Part shown: positions 17,147 through 26,700 of the stretch, one piece after another | How the letters are laid out: each line of letters starts with the position of its first letter | Numbering within the stretch: the stretch's first letter is position 1 | Position numbers and translations under genes: made by a program | Notes under the pieces: generated by a model | The model's input: the letters and a program-made list of their open reading frames with translations, nothing else | Database searches by the model: none | Told to the model about the DNA's origin: nothing | Sequence record: NC_019406.1 | DNA: 64,000 nt | Reading direction: 5' to 3' (one strand)

Positions 17147-17845
17147 CTACAGCGTGCGGGACGGCAGCACGCGGCCCGGACCACCCGGTGGGCGGCGATA
17201 GGGCGTAGGCGCAGGAGGCGGCGCGACTGACGGCGTGCGCGCGGTCACAGCGGCGGTCGTGATCGGCTTGATCTTGCGCGGCTTCGGCGCCGTCAGGCTC
17301 TTGAACCACTTCAAGACGCCGGCGTACCACGGCGTATAGAGGCGCAGGCGGCCGTGCGGAAAACGCGAAGCGCTGGGCAGTTCGCCGAAAAAGTTGCCCC
17401 GCGTTCCGCGCTTCGGCTGGACTGCGAAGTAGACGCAGCCATTGGCGAACGTCCACTTCTCAACAGCGACGCCGCGATACCCCGACACATGATCGTAGAC
17501 ATAGTCGCCGATCTTGATCGTGACGGTATCGTCTTCGGCCGGCAGCTTGTCGGAGTAGCCGACGCCGATCTGCTCCAGCAGATGGTAGTCGACGAAGTGG
17601 GCGTCCATCACCTTCTCGGCATCGCCCTTGGCAGGGCGCGGCTGGATGGCGTACTGGATGTTGCCGCTCATGAATTCGAGCCGCGCCGATGCGAAGCCCT
17701 TGAGCGCCGACATCGGGTCGCGAATTTCGATGCCCAGACGCGTCTTTTCCGTGACCGGGATAGGCGTAAACGCAGGCTTCGCGGTGGTCTTACGCGTCGC
17801 CGTCGAGCGACGCGGCGTAGGCTTCTTCAGGTTGATGTCCGTCAT
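17147..17845 (-). CDS. hypothetical protein with a duplicated small beta domain
   Basis: two similar segments, IRDPMSALKGFASARLEFMSGNIQYAIQP and VYDHVSGYRGVAVEKWTFANGCVYFAVQP. Confidence 0.7.
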   Translation of the reverse strand: MTDINLKKPTPRRSTATRKTTAKPAFTPIPVTEKTRLGIEIRDPMSALKGFASARLEFMSGNIQYAIQPRPAKGDAEKVMDAHFVDYHLLEQIGVGYSDKLPAEDDTVTIKIGDYVYDHVSGYRGVAVEKWTFANGCVYFAVQPKRGTRGNFFGELPSASRFPHGRLRLYTPWYAGVLKWFKSLTAPKPRKIKPITTAAVTARTPSVAPPPAPTPYRRPPGGPGRVLPSRTL

Positions 17846-18261
17846 TGCTTCGTTTCCTTGTCGAACATGTTGGCGGTCCGAATGAGTGCCGAAATCTTGT
17901 CCTGGAGGTAGTTCCAGGTCTCGGGCGAGCGTAGGCGCAGTTCAGCGCGCTCGGTCCCGAGCCCGGCGGCAGGGATGATGACGATGCCACCCTGCTTGAC
18001 CTTGTCGAACAGCGGCTTCATGTCCTGGTCGATGATGCGGTTTTGCGCCTCGACCGCCGCAGGATCGTTCGTGAAGAACGCGTCCTCGGACATCGACGGC
18101 AGGTACTTGGTGGCGACGCCGATCCCGTTGGGCTCGTTGCGCATCTCGGCCGCCTGCCCGCCGTCGCCATATCGGGCGACGTTGTCGCCAAAGACGTAGA
18201 GGACGTCGATGTTGCGGCGCAGATCGCGCCGCGCGATGTGATGCTGGAACAGGACCGGCAT
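17842..18261 (-). CDS. macro-domain-like protein
   Basis: YVFGDN..RYGDGGQAAEMR, IGVATK, GLGTERAEL...PET pattern of phage macro-like proteins. Confidence 0.65.
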   Translation of the reverse strand: MPVLFQHHIARRDLRRNIDVLYVFGDNVARYGDGGQAAEMRNEPNGIGVATKYLPSMSEDAFFTNDPAAVEAQNRIIDQDMKPLFDKVKQGGIVIIPAAGLGTERAELRLRSPETWNYLQDKISALIRTANMFDKETKQ

Positions 18262-19556
18262 CACTTATCCTCGTCGGCCTTGGCGTTGAAGTGCGTGTGG
18301 TAGGCGTCGCGCAGCGCACGGTCATAGGCCGTAACAAACGGATGCTCCGCCCCGCCTTCACCTTCGCCGGCCGTACGCTCGCAGTAGTTCACAAGGCTGT
18401 CGCGTTGGGTGTCTTCCAAAGTGTCGGTGTTGTCGTAGTTGGGGTAGTCGGCCTTGGCTCGGCTGATGCCGGTTTCCTTACCGACCGCGATCGCACGCTC
18501 CAGCGTCCAGACGATGCTGTTGTAGCCCTCGCGGTAACCGTCCTCGTACCCTTCCTGATACCACTCGCGCTCGTGCAGTTCGATCGCATCGTTCGGGAAC
18601 TTGAAGTCGTTCTGCCAGTCCGCGTCGTAGCCCAGATTGGCATCCTTGGCGCCGTCGGTCTTGCCGTCCTCCAAGCCACGGGCGCCCCACCATTCGGCAT
18701 CGTGGGTTTCACGCTCTTCGGCCAGAGCCTCTTCGACGCGATCGACGATCTCGTCAGCCGGCTCGGTCACCGGGCGATACCGATTGTCGACGATGTCCTT
18801 GAAGTGGTTCTTGGCGTCCTCTTCCGGAATCTCGCCGGCGACGAAGAGTTCGCAGCAGCGCAGCTTCTGGTCGTCGTGGTCCGCCGGGATCGCCGTGACG
18901 TGCTCGGGATCGACGCGGATGATCATCACCCGACCACGCTGCGGGTACCAGAACTTCAGGTACTCGAAAGAACAGACGTGAAGACCGCGCGAACAGGTCT
19001 GATGTCGATTCGGGTCGCAGTCCTCGCGACGCATATTGGGGGTCGTACCCGGAAGATATTGGACCTTGCCGTTCTCGCCCGAGGCGTAGGACCAGTATTC
19101 GTCGTCGACCTTCTTGAAGCCGTAGAGGTAACCGTCCTCGTCGAGAGGCAGGTTGCCCTTCTCCATGAAGCGGTAGAGGTCTTCGGCCACGGTCGGGTCA
19201 GGATTGCGCGACAGCCGTTCGATGAAATTGGCGAGCGACACGAAGCTCATGCCTTGCTCGATCAGCTTGCTGATGCGCCCGGTGAGCCCGTAGTCGATGA
19301 GCTTGCCATCCAGGCGCAGACGATCGGTCTCGTCGACCGTGACGCGACCGTGACTGAGCTTGGCGACCCATTGGACAGCGTCGGCGATGTCACTGATCGC
19401 TTCGACGTCGTGAACCGGCGCGCGCAGCAACTCCTCCAACTGCCGACCACGCTCGGACGAGAGAAGGAAAGAACGCCAGCGCTGATTCACCAGGACGCCG
19501 ACACGGGCGTTGGGTCGGCCTCGGCCGCTGATCATGTAGGGCAGCTTGTCAGTCAT
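18261..19556 (-). CDS. rIIB: rIIB-like protein
   Basis: NPDPTVAEDLYRF, DGYLYGFKKV, CSRGLHVCSFEYL, KLRCCE; follows rIIA. Confidence 0.9.
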   Translation of the reverse strand: MTDKLPYMISGRGRPNARVGVLVNQRWRSFLLSSERGRQLEELLRAPVHDVEAISDIADAVQWVAKLSHGRVTVDETDRLRLDGKLIDYGLTGRISKLIEQGMSFVSLANFIERLSRNPDPTVAEDLYRFMEKGNLPLDEDGYLYGFKKVDDEYWSYASGENGKVQYLPGTTPNMRREDCDPNRHQTCSRGLHVCSFEYLKFWYPQRGRVMIIRVDPEHVTAIPADHDDQKLRCCELFVAGEIPEEDAKNHFKDIVDNRYRPVTEPADEIVDRVEEALAEERETHDAEWWGARGLEDGKTDGAKDANLGYDADWQNDFKFPNDAIELHEREWYQEGYEDGYREGYNSIVWTLERAIAVGKETGISRAKADYPNYDNTDTLEDTQRDSLVNYCERTAGEGEGGAEHPFVTAYDRALRDAYHTHFNAKADEDK

Positions 19557-19561
19557 GGTCG

Positions 19562-21724
19562 TTAGGCCTTGGACTTGGGCGGGAAAACGTTCTGGAGGTG
19601 GATCAGCAGGCCGACGTACTTGTGCGCCTGGGCCGGATCGTCCTTACAGTAGTGGAGGTTGGAGATCACGCCCGAGGCCGGATTGGAATGGAAGTTCCAG
19701 TCCGAAATGATGGCGAGCGCCTTCTTCAGCGAGGCGGCGGCCTTCGGACAGGCAGGCGTGACGACGCGGTCGTTGTTGTCGACCACCAGGGCGTCCAGTA
19801 CCTTCTTCTCGTCATCCTTGATCGCCGTAAGATCGATACCGAGGTAGCCCTTGGCGTATTTGGCGATCTTGGAATAGATGCCCGTACCCTTTTCGAGACG
19901 CGCATAGTCTTCCGGCGCGAGAAGCTGGAGGAACTTCACGAACGCCTTCGCAGTGCTGGATTGGAAGATTTCGTGGGTGTGGTACCACAGGTCGAATCCA
20001 CTACCCTTCTCCTTCAGGCGCAGATCGACAGCCTCCCGGAGATGCGGGATGCTGTGGTCATCCATCTGATGCTGGGCCTGAGGCGCGGCGATGTACAGGG
20101 CATCGAGCCCGAACGATTTCGCCAACTTGAACAGCGGCCCGGCCTGACGGCGATGCTGTGCGCTGCTGATCCAGGCGTACTTGCCCTCATCCGCCTTGAT
20201 CTCGAAGACCGGTTTCTGCTCACCGGCCGCCTTGGCGAACGCGAGGCCTCGAATGGGCGGCTTGGACTTGTCGGTGACCGGCGACACGCGACGTGGCATC
20301 GCATCGCGCAGTTCTTCGAAAGTGATGAACTGCCAGCGGTCCCCAAAGCAGGCCGTCCAGAACTCCTCTCGCGGTTCCGCGAAATTCATGAGCAGCGTGA
20401 CAAGCGACAGCGAATTGCGTTCCATGTAAGAACGCACGAAACGGGCGATGCGGCGTTGTTCGCTGAACGACAGGGTGCTCGAAGTCGGATCACGCGATGC
20501 GTCCAAGAAGGCCGAACCATCGTTCAAGATCAGGTACTTCTCGGCCTGACGACCGTTGGGTCCAGTTTCCAGGTTGAAGCTCTGGGGGACGCTGAAGTCC
20601 CAGCGGCCGTCCTTTTGGCGGAAGCACTCGACAAAATAGCGATCGCCGGTCGCCGTCATCACCGTCGATTTCATGCCGGTGATGGGATGTTCATAATTTC
20701 CGGTCACGAACGTCGGGGTCAATTCCTTGGCCTTGGCGAAGAACGACTTGACCGACTTGATGTCCTTGATGGCTTCCCAGACGGCCGACGCCACCTCTTC
20801 ACGCAGGCGCTCAACGCGGTTGTTGAGGTAGCCTACGACTTCCTCGCTGTATTCGATCGATTCACGCGAGGGCGTGACCTTCACGGTGCCGATCGGACAG
20901 TCGAGGATGAAGCGGCTCTTGGAGTCGTAGTTCACCTTCGGCAGCGTGATCTTGTCTCGGGCGATCGGATAAATCACGCACCCCTGCCGAGCATACCACC
21001 CAGGCGGCAGGGCGCACTCGTCCACGACGAACCAATCGTCACCGGCGAACTTGGGCTTCGGGTTTTCGCCGAGTTTGACATTGGTCTCGAAGGCGCCGTT
21101 GTGCGCCAAGGCCACTTCGCGGATCGCCTTTTCGAAGGCATCGAAGTCCCGCGCCTCCACGGCGAAAGCGACTCGAACACCGCGCGGTTCGTCGCACGGC
21201 TCTTCGCTCATGAGGTAGAGTGTGGGGATATCATCTTCAGCCAGACCATAACCGTAGTGGCGGACGGTCTCGCCGTCGTAACAGGAGATCGTGTACTGAT
21301 CAGTGTAGGCATACGGCGCCTGGGCGCCGTGGCCCCACATGCCGACCTCGTCGTTCGACTTGTCCTTATCAGACTCGCCCAGGACGATGTAGACCTCCTC
21401 CATGACTTGGTCCGTCATGCCGACGCCGTAGTCGCGCACTGCGAATTCCGGCTGGAGGGCGGTTGGGGCCTGAACGTAGAAAGGCTTGTCGTTGCCTGCG
21501 CGCAGATGGGAGTCCCAGGCGTTCGAGGCGAGTTCGCGAACCGGCGCCTCGATCTTCTTCGAGTATTGCGCGTCGATGTGCATCTTGAAGGTCTTCGCCG
21601 ACAACTTGATCGACGATTTACGTGCCTTCATGATGCCGTGCGCTTGGAAATCGTTCGGCTGGGTCTCAATGAGCATGGGCGGTTCGAACTCGAAGGGCTG
21701 GGTCTGATAGTTGCCGACTGGCAT
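19562..21724 (-). CDS. rIIA: rIIA-like protein (N-terminal GHKL ATPase)
   Basis: YSKKIEAPVRELASNAWDSH, VRDYGVGM, GMWGHGAQAPYAYT; true start may be the downstream ATG (MLIETQ). Confidence 0.9.
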   Translation of the reverse strand: MPVGNYQTQPFEFEPPMLIETQPNDFQAHGIMKARKSSIKLSAKTFKMHIDAQYSKKIEAPVRELASNAWDSHLRAGNDKPFYVQAPTALQPEFAVRDYGVGMTDQVMEEVYIVLGESDKDKSNDEVGMWGHGAQAPYAYTDQYTISCYDGETVRHYGYGLAEDDIPTLYLMSEEPCDEPRGVRVAFAVEARDFDAFEKAIREVALAHNGAFETNVKLGENPKPKFAGDDWFVVDECALPPGWYARQGCVIYPIARDKITLPKVNYDSKSRFILDCPIGTVKVTPSRESIEYSEEVVGYLNNRVERLREEVASAVWEAIKDIKSVKSFFAKAKELTPTFVTGNYEHPITGMKSTVMTATGDRYFVECFRQKDGRWDFSVPQSFNLETGPNGRQAEKYLILNDGSAFLDASRDPTSSTLSFSEQRRIARFVRSYMERNSLSLVTLLMNFAEPREEFWTACFGDRWQFITFEELRDAMPRRVSPVTDKSKPPIRGLAFAKAAGEQKPVFEIKADEGKYAWISSAQHRRQAGPLFKLAKSFGLDALYIAAPQAQHQMDDHSIPHLREAVDLRLKEKGSGFDLWYHTHEIFQSSTAKAFVKFLQLLAPEDYARLEKGTGIYSKIAKYAKGYLGIDLTAIKDDEKKVLDALVVDNNDRVVTPACPKAAASLKKALAIISDWNFHSNPASGVISNLHYCKDDPAQAHKYVGLLIHLQNVFPPKSKA

Positions 21725-21993
21725 ACGCCCCGCCCGGTTAGCTTGTCAACTCACGCTGTCACCGCCCTGCCGGCTTTCTTGACGCTGGACCCTTTCGGTG
21801 TCAGGATTCCTGGCATGTTGGTGATGCGCGATATCACGGGCGAGGCGACGGCCACCGTGGCCAGCTTCTATGGGTATGAGCCGATCCCGCCGCGTGGAGT
21901 GGAAGGCTGTCCATGTCTGGAGCCCATTCCGACGAATGAACTGATCACCATCCACGACCGTAACAATCAAATTGTCTGGTATGCGAGGAAGAA

Positions 21994-22431
21994 TTGTCCG
22001 ATCCACGGAATCCTGATCACGGACCTGCCCGAATCCCCTCCTACGGACACAAGTACGGACTCCTCCACGATCGAATCGTAGGCGATAAGGACCCGGACTC
22101 GACCTTCCATAGCAAGATCAGCAACCACGCCAAGACCGAGTACATCTGTCAGGCGCTTCGGCTGGACCCGCGTGCGTTCAACCTCGATCTCCCATTCCCG
22201 CTGGAGGACTGGAATTCGAGCAGCGACATGTCGCTGATCAACGCCGGCCTCTACTTCACCGACATGCGCCGTCAGTTCTTCGAAGCGCTCGTCGCCGAAC
22301 ACGCCGAGCACCGCCACGGCGACGCCTGGGTGAAGCAGGGTGAAGCCGAGTTCTGGTGCGTCGAGTTCAACCGCACGCTGCACAAGCGCCTCAGCGGTAT
22401 CGTAATCGGCGACTCGCGGGTGCTGAATTGA
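21994..22431 (+). CDS. hypothetical protein
   Basis: TTG start after GAGGA; phage-like codon usage; start uncertain. Confidence 0.6.
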   Translation: MSDPRNPDHGPARIPSYGHKYGLLHDRIVGDKDPDSTFHSKISNHAKTEYICQALRLDPRAFNLDLPFPLEDWNSSSDMSLINAGLYFTDMRRQFFEALVAEHAEHRHGDAWVKQGEAEFWCVEFNRTLHKRLSGIVIGDSRVLN

Positions 22432-22802
22432 GCAAGACCATCACCATCTATGACGGCGCGATCGAGGCCAATCACGTCGGGTCGTTCGTCAAGATGGGCG
22501 AGGCCTTCCAGGTGATCCGCCCTGGCTACGACGCGCAGGGCAACCCGCGCGCAGCGTGGACGCAGATCGTCCACGACGGCATCCCCATCTTCGAGGAGAA
22601 GGTGAAGGGGCCGCTATCGGCCGCGACGCGGTCCTTCGACCGTCAGTGGGCGCAAGTCATCGGCGACGATCGTGACCTGATGCTCCGTGCGCTTGAGGCC
22701 TGCAAGAAGGAGCACCGGGCCAAGTTCCGGGATGGCCGTTCCGGTGTGGAGCCGGCGCCTACCATCCACGACACCCGCATCGGCACGAACTATGTCGCCT
22801 AG
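22428..22802 (+). CDS. hypothetical protein
   Basis: TTGA overlap with the previous gene; 124 aa. Confidence 0.65.
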   Translation: MSKTITIYDGAIEANHVGSFVKMGEAFQVIRPGYDAQGNPRAAWTQIVHDGIPIFEEKVKGPLSAATRSFDRQWAQVIGDDRDLMLRALEACKKEHRAKFRDGRSGVEPAPTIHDTRIGTNYVA

Positions 22803-22858
22803 GCGACAAGTTGACGCAGAGAGTTGACAGCCGGCACAAGCTGAGCCATAACCCTGCT

Positions 22859-22940
22859 CGTAAACCAGCAGCCGTCCCCTCCGAACCGATAGCTGCTGGA
22901 CTGTAGGAAGCCGGGGATCACTGCGATCTCCGGCTTTTTA
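22859..22940 (+). ncRNA. putative ~80-nt sRNA with an anti-SD loop
   Basis: TTGACA 22824-22829, N17, CATAAC; CCAGCAGC/GCTGCTGG hairpin with CCCCTCC in the loop; intrinsic terminator. Confidence 0.5.
22908..22940 (+). terminator. intrinsic terminator
   Basis: AAGCCGGGGATC/GATCTCCGGCTT stem followed by a T run. Confidence 0.75.
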
Positions 22941-23017
22941 GTTTTCTGGGCATCAGGAGTTGACAGACGTGACTCCTCGGAATATGTGACTCCTCGACGA
23001 TAACGAAGGAGGCCCCG

Positions 23018-23680
23018 ATGGCTCAACGTTCCACTTCTCGCAAGCGCGCCAAGGTTCTCGACCGCGCGCAGTTCGACGCCCTTCTACCGATCGTGCGTGC
23101 GTCCAAGACGCCGCTGCGCGATGAAGTCGCCCTGCGTCTCTCGTTCAGCGCGGGGCTGCGCGCCTGCGAGATCGCCAACCTGCGCTGGTACAACAACCTT
23201 CTGGGTCCGACCGGCAAGCTGCTGGAGAACATCCACATTACCGGCGACGTCGCCAAACGCTCTATTGAGCGCGTGATCCCGATCGAGCCCGAACTGGCGA
23301 AGCTGCTGCGCCGCCTTCGCCGGCAGCGGCCGGAAGACGAATACGTTTTCTTCGCGGTCCACAACTACCAGACCCCTATGGTGCAGGACCCCAAGAACCC
23401 CAAGAAGAAGATCATCAACCCGACCTTCACCTTGGGCAAGGTCCAGCCGACAGCAGTGATCCAGTTCTTCCGCCGCCTGTATCGTCAGGCGGGCTACGTG
23501 GGCTGCTCCAGCCACAGCGGCCGGCGTACGTTCACCACGGTCAAGGCCCGTCAGGTCGGCAAACACGGCTGCTCGATCGAGGACGTCCGTGATCTGGTCG
23601 GCCATAAGCGCCTGGACACCACGGCCTCCTATATCGAGCCGTCGGACAACCGCCGCGCGCTGATCTCGGCGGACTGGTAA
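23018..23680 (+). CDS. tyrosine recombinase (catalytic domain only)
   Basis: GLRACEI, HSGRRTF, GHKRLDTTASY with the R-K-H-R-H-Y set intact; SD AAGGAGG. Confidence 0.92.
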   Translation: MAQRSTSRKRAKVLDRAQFDALLPIVRASKTPLRDEVALRLSFSAGLRACEIANLRWYNNLLGPTGKLLENIHITGDVAKRSIERVIPIEPELAKLLRRLRRQRPEDEYVFFAVHNYQTPMVQDPKNPKKKIINPTFTLGKVQPTAVIQFFRRLYRQAGYVGCSSHSGRRTFTTVKARQVGKHGCSIEDVRDLVGHKRLDTTASYIEPSDNRRALISADW

Positions 23681-23794
23681 GCGGCGCCGGCGCCCTTAAC
23701 AGGGGGCCGGTTTAAGCTGCCAGTATTCTTGACATTCGTGAACGGATGGACGAGGGTGACGCCTCGTCCATCACCCCCGTCCAAACGTCCCCGT

Positions 23795-26700
23795 ATGACC
23801 GCTTTGCAAGATTTCCTCTCGGCGCTCTTCGCCGCGTGCCCTGAGTCTCCGGTACCGCTGACGGTGGGGGAGGATGCCTACGAAGCCTACACCGCCGACG
23901 AAATCGCCAGTGTCGTCAGCGCGGCGGAAGAAGCCGGAGAGGCCCTTTATACCGCGCCCGTGACGCAGGGACTCGTCGCCTTCATGCCGGCGGTGACCGA
24001 AAACGTGGCCGACCCCGACGAGTGGCGCGACGCCACGATCCAACCGACAGCGGTGTTGTTCCGGGACGGGATCATGCTGTCGCTTTACGCGCTGGACGCG
24101 GCCGTCGATTTGGAAGCTTCGCCCGAGGTCCAGAGCCTGTTCGGCTGGATGGGCAGTGATCCCTCCGACCTCATCCCTACCCCTGATTCGAACGGCTGGA
24201 CCCTGGCCCATTGCGACCCCAACGTCTACCAGACGCTGGCGACGCTCATGGATGCGTATGCCCCTGAGACGCCGGTCACAGGCGCTGTCGGCGCACCAGC
24301 CGAAGGCGCTCCGTGGGACGAGGACTTCGGGACCCTGCATGATGCGCATATCCTGACGTATTACGATCCGACCGATGCCTACTATGCCCAAGAGATGACG
24401 ATCTCGATCGGCGGTAACCGCGAATCGAAGAAGTGGGTTCCCAAGACGATGCCGATCGCGGCGTTCGTGGAACTGCTGTCGATGCACCGCGAGGACCCCA
24501 AGAAGGACGGCTTGGCGTTCGTCCTGGCCGAGATCGTCGGCGACCAGCGCCGGAAGCAGGCTGTGAAGACCTGCTACGGCGTGGGCCTCGATATCGACGT
24601 TGGCGTCTCGGGCGCCCAGATCGACGCAGCCCTGAAGGAAATGGGCTGCCTCGCCGTCCGCTACACCACCCACAGCCACAACAAGACGTCGACGTTCCTG
24701 AACAAGGACCGTGTGACGAAGTGGGCGGCGAAGAATGGCCAGGAGGAACTGGACGAGGCCGTCATCAAGCGCTTCCTCCGCGAGGAAGAAGATTGGGTTC
24801 CGGAACTGATTGAATCCGTCGCCTACCTCGGGGATGATCACCGCCCTGAAGGCCTGATGATCCAGCTTGAGCACGATCCGATGCCCAAGCACCGCGTCGT
24901 CGTGCCGCTGGCTACGCCTTACGAGGTCGCCAAGATCGCCAAGACCCACGAAGAGGGCATGCGCAAGTGGAACGAGATTCCCAAGGCGCTGGCCCGCGCT
25001 TTGGGCGACCTGCCGCTCGACAAGGCGGCTCTGGACCCCTCGCGCCTCTTCTATTTCCCGCGTCACGCTCCCGGTCGCGCCTTCGAAACGACCATCTTCG
25101 GCGGACCGATGCTGGACTGGTCGACCCTGGACCTGGACGGTCCGCCGAAGGACGCCTTCGAAGCGGCCCTGGAGGCTGAGATCGGCGGCTCCAACAAGAG
25201 TGGCGGTGGTTCGCGGTCTACGACCAAGGAAGGCCGCGACCTCGGTCGCTGGTCTATCAAGCGCGCGCACGGTTTCCAGATCGTCGACGTCATTCGTGAC
25301 TTCGACCCCGATCGCATCCGCACCAATGGCGCGCACAAGATCGACATCGAGTGCCCCTTCGACGATCATCACTCCAATCCCGGCGATCCCGAAGACAAGG
25401 GATGCTTCGCGGTCAATGCCGGCGACGGGCCGTCGGGTATCTTCACGATCAAGTGCCAGCACGATTCGTGTCAAGAGCGTACGAACCTGGACTTCCTCGG
25501 CAAGATGCTGAAGGACGGCTGGTTCGAGGACGATGTCCTGGAAAGCGACATGTACAACGCTGTCCTCGACGAGGAGGACACCAGCATTCCGGAGGCCGCG
25601 AAGAAGATCGCGGCCCAGGATGAAGCGCGCGACGAATATCAAGTTAAGATCAGCGCCTTGTCTCCCGAATCGAGCGAGAGCGATATCGAGGACGCGTTGC
25701 GTGCTCTGATGGAAGCTGACCTCGGGCCGCTGGCCCAACAGCGAGCAGAATCCGAGATCAAGCAGAACCTGAAGATCAACCAGTCGACCCTGACCCGCAT
25801 GTTGAAGACGATGCGCCGCGTGGTTGAACGCGATCGCAACCAGTCCGGCGACTACCGCGACCCGAAGGGCCGTCTGGTGTTCTCGTTCCAGGGCGACTTC
25901 AACTTCGACGAAGCCGTCGACATGTGCTTCAAGGCGCTGCGCAACACCAACACCAAGGATGCCGAGCCCACCTTCTCGTGCGTCCAGGACAAGCCTTACC
26001 GCCTCAAGCGCCACCCGAAGACCGGCCGGATTGTCTTCGAAGAACTGCCCAATCAGGCTCTGTGGTCGGAATTGAATACGCGTCTGACCTTCGTGCGTCG
26101 CGGCGACAACGGCGACGGCGCCCGTCAGGCCGTACCGAAGGAAGTGGCGACTCACGTCTACGAGCAGGTCTACAACGAACTGCCGCAGTCGCCGGAAGTC
26201 ATCTACACGCCGCTCTACACCAATGACGGCGCCCTGGTTCTGCACCCCGGCTACTACGCTGACCTGAACATCCTGATGGCGAACACGCGCTTCGAAATCG
26301 ACGTCCCGGTCAACCCGTCGGCGGAAGATGCTCTGGCGGCCGTGGACTTCCTCAAGCATGAACTGCTGGTCGACTTCCCGTTCCTGGACTACGACACCCA
26401 GGGGAACGAACGTCGGGAGCCGTCGGAAGCCAACGCTCTGGCGATGCTGCTCACCCCCTTCATGCGCCGCATGATCAATGGCTGCACGCCGGTGTTCTTC
26501 GTCGCCAAGCCTACGCCGGGTACTGGCGGCACTCTGCTGGGCAAGCTGCCTATGCTCATCTTCGACGGCGTCGAGAGCGCGCCCATGAGCTACACGCAAA
26601 ACGAAGAAGAAATGCGTAAGGCGCTGCTGGCGGCGATCATCGAGACCCGCTCGCACCTCTTCTTCGACGACGTGCGCGAATTCAACAACCGCGTCCTGCT

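Noticed and set aside
21815-22081. 88-aa plus-strand ORF (MLVMRDITGE...)
   Set aside because: It overlaps 21994..22431 by about 90 nt and starts inside an operator. It cannot be supported over the alternative, though it is not excluded.
23018-23680. Prophage integration module or mobile element boundary
   Set aside because: No att-like duplication, repressor/antirepressor pair or host genes flank the recombinase; the whole window looks like phage.
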